Both the position numbers and the translations under genes were made by a program. DNA of 64,000 bases from Bdellovibrionales bacterium (GTDB taxonomy: Bacteria > Bdellovibrionota > Bdellovibrionia > Bdellovibrionales > UBA1609): assembly GCA_050250515.1 (NCBI GenBank), contig JBFWON010000002.1:8815-72814 (forward strand), read 5' to 3'. How positions within the stretch are numbered: the first letter of the stretch is position 1; each line of letters begins with the position of its first letter. Below the pieces are notes generated by a model, which saw only the letters and a list, made by a program, of their open reading frames with translations, did no database searches and was not told the DNA's origin. Shown in pieces: positions 9,697 to 18,889 of the stretch.

Positions 9697-10769
9697 TGAA
9701 TCTGATTTCGAATCATAAGGTTCTCATTTGCGCCGGCACGGGTGGTGTGGGCAAAACCAGTTTATCGGCTGCACTCGGGGTTCTGGCGGCCCGCAACGGT
9801 AAGAGAACTTTGGTACTGACGATTGATCCCGCCCAGAGGCTCGCGCAATCCTTAGGTGTGGAGAGCCGCCCCGGTCAGGTGACGGAGGTCCCGGGACAGA
9901 CAGGATTATCGGCTGTGATGATCGATGCGCGCAGCGAATTTGACGCCTTTGTTCTTGGCGCCATTGACAAGGGCTTGGCCAAGAATCTTTTCGAGAACAA
10001 ACTTTACCAGCAATTGGTCTCCAATCTGAGCGGCAGCCAAGAGTTCACCTCTTTAGCGCGGCTTCTCAACAGTGTTCAGTCGGGCCAGTATGACTTGGTT
10101 ATTCTGGATACGCCGCCCACACAAAACGCCGTGGATTTCTTGCGAGCACCGGATCGGCTCTTTCATCTCTTTCAGGACAGCGTCATCGGTTGGTTTGCCA
10201 GTCCGGAAGAAGATGAAAACTGGCTTAAAAAAACTTTTCATCGAGGCACCAAAGTGGTGACGAATGCCCTGGAGAATGTCACCGGGAGTAAGTTCATCCA
10301 CGAGCTAAAAGATTTCTTTAGTCACGTGTCCCATCTCAAGGGCAGAATCTCGGTCATCAGTCAGCAGGTTCGTGAGCTCCTGCATAGTCCCGCGGCGGGG
10401 TTTGTTTTGGTGACGGGTTTTGATGAGACCAAACTCAAGGAAGCCCTCGAATTTCAGAAAGATTTGCAGATGGAGGGTCTCAATTTGCGCGCCATCGTGG
10501 TGAATCGGTGGTTTCCGAGCTGGACGCAAGGGGAGCATCTTTGGCCTGAGTCATGGCAAAACCAACCTGATTTTAGCAAGCTTAAGGAGATGCACGATCT
10601 CTTCGCTAATTATTTCAGCCATCGTCAGGAGGTCTTTGAGCGCCTCAAAAGCCAGATGAAATCAGATATTCCGATTGTGCGACTGCCGGAGTTTGACAAT
10701 GCTGTCCAAGGCCTTGAAGATTTGGGCGAAATGGCCACAGTGGTGGAGGAAAAATGGCGGCAAGGTTAA
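9693..10769 (+). CDS. ArsA/GET3-family P-loop ATPase-like protein
   Basis: Start taken at the ATG at 9693 (MMNLISN). Motifs GTGGVGKTS, LTIDPAQRL and ILDTPPT. Confidence 0.75.
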   Translation: MMNLISNHKVLICAGTGGVGKTSLSAALGVLAARNGKRTLVLTIDPAQRLAQSLGVESRPGQVTEVPGQTGLSAVMIDARSEFDAFVLGAIDKGLAKNLFENKLYQQLVSNLSGSQEFTSLARLLNSVQSGQYDLVILDTPPTQNAVDFLRAPDRLFHLFQDSVIGWFASPEEDENWLKKTFHRGTKVVTNALENVTGSKFIHELKDFFSHVSHLKGRISVISQQVRELLHSPAAGFVLVTGFDETKLKEALEFQKDLQMEGLNLRAIVVNRWFPSWTQGEHLWPESWQNQPDFSKLKEMHDLFANYFSHRQEVFERLKSQMKSDIPIVRLPEFDNAVQGLEDLGEMATVVEEKWRQG

Positions 10770-11791
10770 TTCTTTTCTTGGTGGCGATGGTTCTTTCGGC
10801 CTGTTCATCCTCGCAAAAGCAGAAAGACGATCTGCTCAAAGATCTCAATCGTGAAAACCCCATGTTTGAGCGGGGCCTAAAATATTTAGAAAAAGAAAAA
10901 TACGCCGAGGCGGCTCACGAATTCGATACCTTGCTGCTCCAGAAGCCGGGGACGGAATTGGATCTCGTCACACTCTATAATTCCGGCGCCGCCCACGAAG
11001 GTTTAGGCAATTGCACCAAAGCGGCCGAGCGCTACCGCGAAGTGATTCGCAGCTCGGCCGGTGGATTTAAACTTTTGGAAGCCCAAACACTTTTGCGTCT
11101 CAGCATGGCGTACGAATGTCTGGGGCAGGACGCAAAAGTCATTGCGGCTTTGTTGGATGCCCGCAAGCGAGGTAAAGAATTACCCTACGAAACCAGGCAG
11201 GCCGAAATTCCCGCTCGCCTCGCGGCCGCCTATGCCCGCCTAGGCAATCGAAAAAAGGCTTTGGAGTACTTCAATCAAGCCAGCGAGTCGCTTAAGAAGT
11301 TGGTTACGGCCAACAAGGGCAAGGCACAAAAAGAACTTCTGGGGCGAACCTTGTTTTTGATGGGACAGTTGAATCCGGGTCAGCGAAGAGCCGAGGTTGC
11401 GGCTGACTCCTACATGCTGGGACTTTCAATGCAACAGGCATACTTGCTACAGGCGGCTGAACTCAATCATCCCAATTGGTCCACTAAGGCGATTGCTGAT
11501 TTGCGACTGGGCTATGCCAACATTTGGAAGCTCACGACTCAGTCTGAAAAAGAAGAACGCAATCTTTACGTGAGGGGGCTGCAGGCCATTAATGAGCTTC
11601 GTCGGATAAAGCTACCCAACGAGCCCTCAGCCGTGCAGGCGATTTTTGCCGAATTGGATGAGCATGAAAATCGTATCCAACAGGCCCTTGCCAAGATTGC
11701 GACGGTTACGCCACTCACGCCCGATGCGGCTAAGCGAGAAGGCCTTAAGCGCGAAGGGCGGGTGGTCGATCCGCCGAAAGCCAAACAATGA
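10754..11791 (+). CDS. TPR-repeat lipoprotein
   Basis: Lipobox LSACSSS and TPR-like helical repeats. Overlaps the upstream gene by 16 nt. Confidence 0.6.
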   Translation: MAARLILFLVAMVLSACSSSQKQKDDLLKDLNRENPMFERGLKYLEKEKYAEAAHEFDTLLLQKPGTELDLVTLYNSGAAHEGLGNCTKAAERYREVIRSSAGGFKLLEAQTLLRLSMAYECLGQDAKVIAALLDARKRGKELPYETRQAEIPARLAAAYARLGNRKKALEYFNQASESLKKLVTANKGKAQKELLGRTLFLMGQLNPGQRRAEVAADSYMLGLSMQQAYLLQAAELNHPNWSTKAIADLRLGYANIWKLTTQSEKEERNLYVRGLQAINELRRIKLPNEPSAVQAIFAELDEHENRIQQALAKIATVTPLTPDAAKREGLKREGRVVDPPKAKQ

Positions 11792-12531
11792 TTCAAGATT
11801 TTACGACGGGATTTATATTTTTTTGGCAGGGCTGGAATTTTGTTCTCAGCGACAAGCGCCTGAGAGTGATCGCCATAGTTCCCAGTATTTTGGCTGTTCT
11901 TATTGGAGGTGCCGGTCTTTGGATCTTGTTCACCCATTTGGGTGCATGGATCGCCGGGCTGGTGGCCTGGTTGCTGGGTGGAGCGACCGGTTTTTGGGCC
12001 ACGGTACTATACTATCCTTTGTGGCTCGCGGCGGGCCTGCTGGTCTTAGTGCTCAATGTCTTTTTGAGTTATGTGCTTTTTGGTGTGATTTCCATTCCGT
12101 TTCATTCGTACTTGGCGGAAAGCTCTCTTGGTATCATTGGAGTCAAGCCTCAGGCGGATCCTGACTTCAGGACTTGGCTCAAGTCTTCGGCTCGGATGCT
12201 TCGGGTTTCTTTGGTCAAGGCGTCTCTTTTTTTAATCGTGGGCGTGTTCTTGTTTATGCTGTCTTTTGTTCCGGTGCTCGGTGTTTTGGCGGCCTTTGGG
12301 ACTCTCCTCCTTTTGGCTTTTGATATGATGGATTATACGCTTGAAGCTCTGCGCCTGGGCTTTCGGGCCCGCGTGGCCTTTATGTTTCGTCATAAAATGA
12401 TTTGGTTCGGAATGGCCGCGGCCCTGGCGTTGACTCTGTTTGTTCCGGGTCTTACTTTGCTGGTAACTCCGGGCGCAGTGGCCGGGGGAACCTTGCTGTA
12501 TCGAAAAACATTGGGAAGGCCTACCGAATGA
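11788..12531 (+). CDS. EI24/CysZ-family integral membrane protein
   Basis: 247 aa, multi-TM, with a pattern typical of the EI24/CysZ family. ATGA overlaps on both sides. Confidence 0.5.
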   Translation: MIQDFTTGFIFFWQGWNFVLSDKRLRVIAIVPSILAVLIGGAGLWILFTHLGAWIAGLVAWLLGGATGFWATVLYYPLWLAAGLLVLVLNVFLSYVLFGVISIPFHSYLAESSLGIIGVKPQADPDFRTWLKSSARMLRVSLVKASLFLIVGVFLFMLSFVPVLGVLAAFGTLLLLAFDMMDYTLEALRLGFRARVAFMFRHKMIWFGMAAALALTLFVPGLTLLVTPGAVAGGTLLYRKTLGRPTE

Positions 12532-13790
12532 ATCGAGAGATGCTTCATCAAGCCTTGGTCGCTAAAAACGAACCGCTTTGTGAGTGGTTTCGAGAGCAAC
12601 TTCGCGACTTGAGTTTTCCGATTTACACCAGTTTTGATGTGCGAGATGCCGGTTTTAAAATAGGTCCGGTGGACGCCAATATTTTCCCGGCCGGCTTTAA
12701 TAATATTTGCCCAACCGATAAAGAATCCGCTCCAGATGTGGCGCGCGAGTTCTTGGACGATCACTACTCGGCGACTACGAAGCGGATCGTGTTGTTGACC
12801 GAGGAGCACACGCAAAACCCTTATTATTGGGACAATGTGCATGCCATTCAGACCATTTTGGAGAGCGCGGGGCGCGAGGTTCGTCTGGCGATCCCACGGG
12901 ATTTGCCGGAGCCATTGAATCTTCGGTCGGCCTCCGGTCATCAGATGACTGTGCATTCGGCCAAACGTGCGGGAAATTCGGTGGACATCGAGGGTTTCAC
13001 TCCCGACCTCGTCATTTGCAACAATGATTTCGCCGTTGAATATGAAGAGTGGGCTCGTGGTCTTGAAATTCCGATGAACCCGCCCCGAGAGCTGGGTTGG
13101 TATCGAAGGCGCAAAGATCGATTCTTTCGTATTTACAATGAACTCGTGGCTCAAGTGTGCCAAATGATTTCGGTGGATCCATGGGTTTTACAAGTGGCCA
13201 CCTCGGTATTTTCTAATTTTGATGTGGACGACGAGAACAGTCGGGATCAGCTGGCTGAGAAAGCCGCCCAACTATTGACCTCCGTTCAGGAAAAATATCG
13301 AGAACACGACATCACACGGCCTCCGTTCATTTTTGTGAAGAACAACGCCGGCACCTATGGTTTAGGCGTCGTCTTGGTCAAAGACGCTGAGGAGATTCGT
13401 TCTTGGAACTACAAAGCCCGCAAGAAAATGAAAGCGGCCAAAGGCGGACGGGAAGTCACAGAAGTTATCGTTCAAGAAGGCATTCCCACGACGACACAGG
13501 GGGAATCCGGTCAAGTCGCCGAGCCCGTGATTTACATGATTGGCTGCCAGCTGGCCGGAGGATTCTTGCGAACCCATCAGGAAAAATCCGATGACGATAG
13601 TCTGAATTCTCCGGGCGCCGTGTACCAAAAGCTTTGTGTGTCGGATTTGGCCATCAAGCTCTCGGGATGCCCGATGGAAAACACCTATGGTTGGATAGCT
13701 AAACTTTCATTCTTAGCGGTGGCTAAAGAGGCGCGCGAGCTTGATGTTCCGTTTCGAAACTTTCGGCCTAACGCCGGGCCGTGCGCCTAG
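12528..13790 (+). CDS. gshA: glutamate--cysteine ligase (ferrooxidans-type GshA family)
   Basis: Start taken at the ATG at 12528 (MNREMLHQ), which forms an ATGA overlap. The N-terminal PIYTSFDVRDAGFKIGPVDANIFPAGFNNI matches my memory of this GshA family. Confidence 0.6.
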   Translation: MNREMLHQALVAKNEPLCEWFREQLRDLSFPIYTSFDVRDAGFKIGPVDANIFPAGFNNICPTDKESAPDVAREFLDDHYSATTKRIVLLTEEHTQNPYYWDNVHAIQTILESAGREVRLAIPRDLPEPLNLRSASGHQMTVHSAKRAGNSVDIEGFTPDLVICNNDFAVEYEEWARGLEIPMNPPRELGWYRRRKDRFFRIYNELVAQVCQMISVDPWVLQVATSVFSNFDVDDENSRDQLAEKAAQLLTSVQEKYREHDITRPPFIFVKNNAGTYGLGVVLVKDAEEIRSWNYKARKKMKAAKGGREVTEVIVQEGIPTTTQGESGQVAEPVIYMIGCQLAGGFLRTHQEKSDDDSLNSPGAVYQKLCVSDLAIKLSGCPMENTYGWIAKLSFLAVAKEARELDVPFRNFRPNAGPCA

Positions 13791-14295
13791 CATCGGTTGA
13801 AGCCATTGACCTTCTATCACTGGTCCGTTTGCCGTTGGTCCGTTTAGCAACGGACCGGCGTTTGGTTGTGGTCTTCTTGGCCTTGGCGACATTTGAATTT
13901 CCCATCAACTGAGTCCAAGTCTGTTTGTGGACGATCAATTGGCAGGCTTCTCCGCAAGAGGTGAGCCACTGGGAACAAGCTCCGCGATGGAACTTCTTAT
14001 TGCAGTGCTGTTCGACATTCGTACGCAACATAAGGGCACGCTCGGTCTTGAGAATCGCTTCACTCAATGCTTGTTCCGAATTTTCAGATGTCGATCTAAG
14101 GATCTTAAGCTTGCCGCGCTTGGCGGCTTCTTCTTTTGCGATCTGCTCAAGAGTCCTCTCAGAGACCAATTCCTTCGCGCCGACTTTCATGCGAATCCGA
14201 TCAATCGTTCCTCGTCGGTCTTTGGTCGGGAAGGTGAATACGAAGACGAGAACCAAGATACCAGTGAACCAAAGAAGTAATTTTTGTTGCGACAT
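13768..14295 (-). CDS. hypothetical membrane-anchored protein with a basic C-terminus
   Basis: N-terminal TM (LLLWFTGILVLVFVFTF) and a Lys/Arg-rich tail. Confidence 0.4.
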   Translation of the reverse strand: MSQQKLLLWFTGILVLVFVFTFPTKDRRGTIDRIRMKVGAKELVSERTLEQIAKEEAAKRGKLKILRSTSENSEQALSEAILKTERALMLRTNVEQHCNKKFHRGACSQWLTSCGEACQLIVHKQTWTQLMGNSNVAKAKKTTTKRRSVAKRTNGKRTSDRRSMASTDARRTARR

Positions 14296-14485
14296 TCCTG
14301 CTCGACATTCCAGGGTGTGGATTTAGGCGTGGTCGAAATGACGTGCAGCGGTTAGCGCTTTCTCCCCAAATCAAGCGCTCCATCAAGTCTAACACAACTA
14401 AAGTCCTGAACAATCCTGGTTCTCAATTTGAGACGCCCCGATTTTTGACTGTTGAATCTTCAGTCAACATTCCCGATAAACAGCT

Positions 14486-15166
14486 ATGCCACGTTGGATC
14501 CTTTTCCCCATGTACGGTGCCTGTGTTCTGACTGCCTATCTTTTGGCCATTCGGTCCTGGGACGGTGAAGTTTTTGTTTATCTCGGATCGGTGCGTTCGC
14601 CCTCCGCCGTTCGCTCGCCGTCCGAATATGGTGTGGTTCATGGAAGGAATTTGGGACAAAGTATAGAGGAGCAGTTGCTCAGCGAAGCCCGCTTGGATCA
14701 AGAGGAAGGCCATTTAGGAATTCAACTGGGCAATCCCATTTTGCGCTATGACGGGCGAAAATCTTTTGCCTGCTCGGCAGGAAATCATCCGGGCCTTTTT
14801 GATCGCGTCGAAATCGAATTTTCCGGCTTAGGGGTTCTAGATAGTGGAGAGGTTCCACGATTGATTGTGAACGCCAATTGCGCAAGCCTCAGTGAACCCG
14901 AGCTTCTCGAAACCATTTGGTTGCCGATCGAAGACATTCAGCGTGATCGTAAGGAATCGACGATTCGTGACAAGGAAGAACGAGTGCGTTTAACGGTTCG
15001 TTTGGAACACCTGCCTGAGGAGTGGCCGCCAGAGTGGGTTATGACCCGTGTTCGTTTTTACCAGCAGGACAATCCGGCCGAAGCCGTGACTCTCGATTCG
15101 ACCCGCCTGCGAAATTCAGGTCGGGCGTTGCTGCGATTTTCTGAGCTATCGAAAACTTTCCGCTAA
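14486..15166 (+). CDS. hypothetical protein
   Basis: 226-aa ORF with an N-terminal hydrophobic segment. No recognisable motif. Confidence 0.4.
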   Translation: MPRWILFPMYGACVLTAYLLAIRSWDGEVFVYLGSVRSPSAVRSPSEYGVVHGRNLGQSIEEQLLSEARLDQEEGHLGIQLGNPILRYDGRKSFACSAGNHPGLFDRVEIEFSGLGVLDSGEVPRLIVNANCASLSEPELLETIWLPIEDIQRDRKESTIRDKEERVRLTVRLEHLPEEWPPEWVMTRVRFYQQDNPAEAVTLDSTRLRNSGRALLRFSELSKTFR

Positions 15167-16648
15167 AGCGACAAAGGTTCGCACCATAATCCCAGAGGCT
15201 CCCTTTTTCGGATGATAGGGGAAGCGATTCGCAATATTCCAGGCTGTCCCGGCCACATCAAAGTGGGCCCAGGGAACTCCCTCTGCGACAAACTGCTCTA
15301 AGAATGCGGCGGCTGTGGAACTTCCGGCATTTCGTCCGCCAGAGATATTGCAAAGGTCGGCGTGCGCCCCTTTCATATCTTCGACGTGAAAATCCGTCAG
15401 GGGCATGGACCACACGAGTTCGCCGGTATGGTCACTGGCCTTTTGAATTTTATCCATAAGCTTTTTATCTCGAGTGAACACGCCGGTATGGGTGTTGCCC
15501 AGCGCAATTAGGATCGCGCCGGTTAAGGTGGCCGCATCGAACATGGCTTGTGGCTTCAACTCACTTCCGTAAACTAGGGCGTCACTTAGGATCAGTCGAC
15601 CTTCGGCATCGGTGTTGTAGACTTCGACCGACTTCCCATTTCTGGCGAAAAAGATATCGCCGGGCTTTAACGCATGAGGGCCAGGCATGTTTTCTGTGGA
15701 GGGAACCAGTCCGATGACATTGACCTTGGCTTTCAGTTTCGCCAGCGCCAACATCGTACCAATCACCGCCGCGCCGCCGCACATGTCATATTTCATCTCT
15801 TCCATGGAAGCCGACGGCTTAATGCTGATTCCACCTGAATCGAAAGTGAGTCCTTTACCGACAAACACCACGGGGCGCTTACCTTTGCCGCCGCCATTCC
15901 ATTCCATCACAATAAATCGAGGCTCTTCTGAGCTGCCTCGCGCCACGGCCAGAAGGCCGCCCATTTTTTCTTTTTTGATTCGCTCAGGACCCCAGGCCGT
16001 GACCTTAAGTCCAGTTCCCTTCGCGGCCTTCTCGGTATGCTCGGCCAACAGGGCGGGCGTCATGTGATTGCCTGGCTGATCGCCCAACCACCGCGTGAAG
16101 TTTTGACATTCACTTAGAATTTCCGCACGTTTCAGCGCGGCTTGCTGATCTTTGTTTGGACCGTTCGTGCAAAGAAGTTCGAGTTCTTTGACCTCCGTCG
16201 GGGCCATTTCCTTTTTGGTCGCCTTTTCTTTTGGCGTCATTTTGTGTTCACGAAATTCATAAAGCGACAGTCGAAATCCCTCGACCAAAGGCTGAAGGGA
16301 TTTGCCGATCAGATCGACAAAGATGGCGGCGGAACCCGCCTTGGCGGCCTTCAAAGCGCCGAGAATAACGGTTGAGGCCCCACGTTCAGTTTCGCCATCG
16401 GCCAAAAGTCCAGTGCCTAGACCTACTAGAAGCACATTCTTAAATCCTTCCAGGTCGGCGCGCCGGAAGTAAGCGGTTTCCCGACGATCCCCTTGAAAGT
16501 GCGCCTCAGCGGCGGCGGCCTCGACCCAGGTCTTGATCGACGCAGGGAGTTTTCCAAAATTGGGCTTACCGGATTTGTTATCTTTAAGGGCCAACAGGAC
16601 CAAAGTCTGATGGGCCGACTTCCAACCTTTTTTCAGTGTGATTTCCAT
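15146..16648 (-). CDS. pepA: leucyl aminopeptidase (M17)
   Basis: Motifs VGKGLTFDSGG and NTDAEGRL. Start taken at the internal ATG at 16648 (MEITLKK). Confidence 0.9.
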   Translation of the reverse strand: MEITLKKGWKSAHQTLVLLALKDNKSGKPNFGKLPASIKTWVEAAAAEAHFQGDRRETAYFRRADLEGFKNVLLVGLGTGLLADGETERGASTVILGALKAAKAGSAAIFVDLIGKSLQPLVEGFRLSLYEFREHKMTPKEKATKKEMAPTEVKELELLCTNGPNKDQQAALKRAEILSECQNFTRWLGDQPGNHMTPALLAEHTEKAAKGTGLKVTAWGPERIKKEKMGGLLAVARGSSEEPRFIVMEWNGGGKGKRPVVFVGKGLTFDSGGISIKPSASMEEMKYDMCGGAAVIGTMLALAKLKAKVNVIGLVPSTENMPGPHALKPGDIFFARNGKSVEVYNTDAEGRLILSDALVYGSELKPQAMFDAATLTGAILIALGNTHTGVFTRDKKLMDKIQKASDHTGELVWSMPLTDFHVEDMKGAHADLCNISGGRNAGSSTAAAFLEQFVAEGVPWAHFDVAGTAWNIANRFPYHPKKGASGIMVRTFVALAESFR

Positions 16649-16855
16649 AATGTTCCTTGCTGCTTTTTGAGCCGGATTACGCACAGCAATGTTTGCGCGG
16701 ACCTAGACTCGACGTGGGACTGGTTCTAGCACAGCGTATTAGCTGAAGAAAGGGAATTCCAAGCACTCTAGTTTCCTCAGGATTTTCCCGAGAAGTACTT
16801 GTCAGCACTAAGAAAAAGCTCATATTGAGGTGTTAACTCTGAGCCGGGGGAACAA

Positions 16856-17473
16856 GTGAACATGAATCTAGTCCCGATCGTCGTCGAGCAAACAGCCAGG
16901 GGCGAACGTAGTTACGATATCTACTCGCGCCTATTGAAGGAACGGATCATCCTACTTGGGACTCCTGTGACGGATGATGTGGCCAACATCGTTATCGCCC
17001 AGATGTTCTTCTTGGAGATGGAAAATCCCGATCGAGATATTCATCTTTACATAAACTCACCGGGCGGTAGTGTTTCGGCCGGCCTGGCGATATATGACAT
17101 TATGCAATTCGTTAAGTGCGATGTAAGCACCTACTGCATCGGAATGGCGGCGAGCATGGGATCCTTGCTTTTGACCGCGGGAGCGAAAGGCAAGCGCTTC
17201 ATCCTCCCTCACTCCAAAACGATGATTCACCAGCCGCACATTCATGGCGGTGGAATTTCGGGTCAGGTGAGTGACATTGAAATTCACGCGAAAGAGATGG
17301 TCGCGACTAAGAAGAAGTTGACCGAGATCTATGTCAAACACACCGGGCGCGATTTTGACTTTCTCGTCCAATCGATGGACCGGGATCGTTACATGAGCGC
17401 GGAGGAATCCAAAGAATTCGGACTGGTTGACCAAGTGGTCGAGCGCCGCAAAGCCACGAAGGAAGAGAAATGA
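16856..17473 (+). CDS. clpP: ATP-dependent Clp protease proteolytic subunit
   Basis: Motifs ERIILLG and GMAASMGS (Ser nucleophile) plus IHQP. Overlaps the clpX start. Confidence 0.95.
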   Translation: MNMNLVPIVVEQTARGERSYDIYSRLLKERIILLGTPVTDDVANIVIAQMFFLEMENPDRDIHLYINSPGGSVSAGLAIYDIMQFVKCDVSTYCIGMAASMGSLLLTAGAKGKRFILPHSKTMIHQPHIHGGGISGQVSDIEIHAKEMVATKKKLTEIYVKHTGRDFDFLVQSMDRDRYMSAEESKEFGLVDQVVERRKATKEEK

Positions 17474-18780
17474 CGACGAAGGAAAAAAACGGCTACGGAA
17501 CCCTCTGCTGCAGTTTCTGCGGTAAGAGTCAGAAGGAAGTCAAAAAACTGATCGCGGGGCCGGGCGTTTACATTTGTGATGAGTGTATTGAGCTCTGCAA
17601 TGACATTATTGCCGAGGAGCGCGAGCGGGAAGAGAGCAACAAGGTCCAGCTCTCGGTGCCCAAGCCGATCGACATCAAAGCCTTCTTGGATGATTACGTC
17701 ATAGGCCAGGAAAAGGCGAAGAAGACCCTCTCCGTCGCGGTTCACAATCACTATAAGCGTATTAACTTTATGAAAACGGGTCGCAAGCAAAAGGATGAAG
17801 TCGAGATTTCGAAGAGTAATATTCTGCTGATCGGGCCGACCGGATCAGGGAAAACTCTGCTTGCTCAGACCATTGCTAAAATTCTCAATGTTCCCTTTGC
17901 CATGGCCGACGCAACAGCTTTGACTGAAGCGGGATATGTGGGCGAGGACGTGGAGAATGTGGTTCTCAATCTATTGCAGGCCGCTGATTACGACATCGAA
18001 AAGTGCCAAAAGGGTGTGATTTATATAGACGAAATCGACAAAATTTCGCGCAAGAGCGAAAACCCCTCGATCACGCGCGATGTGAGTGGCGAAGGTGTGC
18101 AGCAGGCCTTGCTCAAAATCTTAGAGGGCACGATTGCCAATTTGCCTCCCAAAGGGGGACGGAAGCACCCGCAGCAGGAGTTTATTCAGGTCGACACGAC
18201 GAACATCCTGTTTATCGTGGGTGGTGCGTTTGTCGGGCTCGACAAGGTGATCGAAAACCGTGTTTCTAGCCGATCGATGGGAATCGCGGCTGATATCAAG
18301 ACTAAAAACGAAAAGCTGCACGTGAAAGAGAACATTTTGCAGATGATTGAGCCCGACGACCTTGTGCGTTTTGGCTTGATCCCTGAGTTTATTGGTCGAC
18401 TGCCTTCTATCGCTGTACTCGATCCTCTTGATGAGGCCGCTTTGATCGAGATTTTGGTCAAGCCAAAGAACGCTTTGACTAAACAGTATCATAAGCTTTT
18501 CTCATACGAGGGTGTGGATTTGCGTTTTGAAGACAATGCTTTGAAGGCCATCGCGCAAGAAGCCATCAAACGTAACACGGGCGCACGCGGCCTTCGTGGT
18601 GTGATCGAAAGCGCTATGCTGGACATCATGTTTGAAATTCCTTCCAAGACAAATGTGAAGGAGTGCGTGATCACTGAGGAAGTTATTGTTAAGCATGCGA
18701 AACCTCAACTGACCTACGGACAGAAAGATCCGAAGGCGGCCTCAACTAGCCCAACCGGAGATTCGGCCGAGTCGGCATAA
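17470..18780 (+). CDS. clpX: ATP-dependent Clp protease ATP-binding subunit ClpX
   Basis: Zinc finger CSFCGK...CDECI, Walker A GPTGSGKT and the IGF-like loop region. Confidence 0.95.
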   Translation: MTTKEKNGYGTLCCSFCGKSQKEVKKLIAGPGVYICDECIELCNDIIAEEREREESNKVQLSVPKPIDIKAFLDDYVIGQEKAKKTLSVAVHNHYKRINFMKTGRKQKDEVEISKSNILLIGPTGSGKTLLAQTIAKILNVPFAMADATALTEAGYVGEDVENVVLNLLQAADYDIEKCQKGVIYIDEIDKISRKSENPSITRDVSGEGVQQALLKILEGTIANLPPKGGRKHPQQEFIQVDTTNILFIVGGAFVGLDKVIENRVSSRSMGIAADIKTKNEKLHVKENILQMIEPDDLVRFGLIPEFIGRLPSIAVLDPLDEAALIEILVKPKNALTKQYHKLFSYEGVDLRFEDNALKAIAQEAIKRNTGARGLRGVIESAMLDIMFEIPSKTNVKECVITEEVIVKHAKPQLTYGQKDPKAASTSPTGDSAESA

Positions 18781-18815
18781 TCGCGGCGGAGCGTCGGTTT
18801 TTACGTAAAAAGTGC

Positions 18816-18879
18816 CTTTGACGGAACCACCGTTTGGCCCCAAAATGGATTTATGAGCGCGTAAACTGCGCGTTCATAA
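18816..18879 (+). promoter_or_regulatory. candidate heat-shock-type promoter plus an inverted repeat upstream of lon
   Basis: CTTTGAC (18816-18822), a 15-nt spacer, then CCCCAAAAT (18838-18846), which resembles the sigma-32 consensus. It is followed by the inverted repeat TTATGAGCGCG-N7-CGCGTTCATAA (18851-18879), which abuts the AAGGAG RBS. Confidence 0.3.
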
Positions 18880-18889
18880 GGAGCCAAGC

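Noticed and set aside
12390-13163. 257-aa ORF antisense to the gshA-like gene
   Set aside because: It is embedded in a gene with a clear family signature and operon coupling. It has no features of its own.
16740-16855. CIRCE-like heat-shock operator upstream of clpP (AGCACTC and CAGCACTAAG)
   Set aside because: The two CIRCE-like half-sites are in direct rather than inverted orientation, and the spacing is wrong. I make no call.
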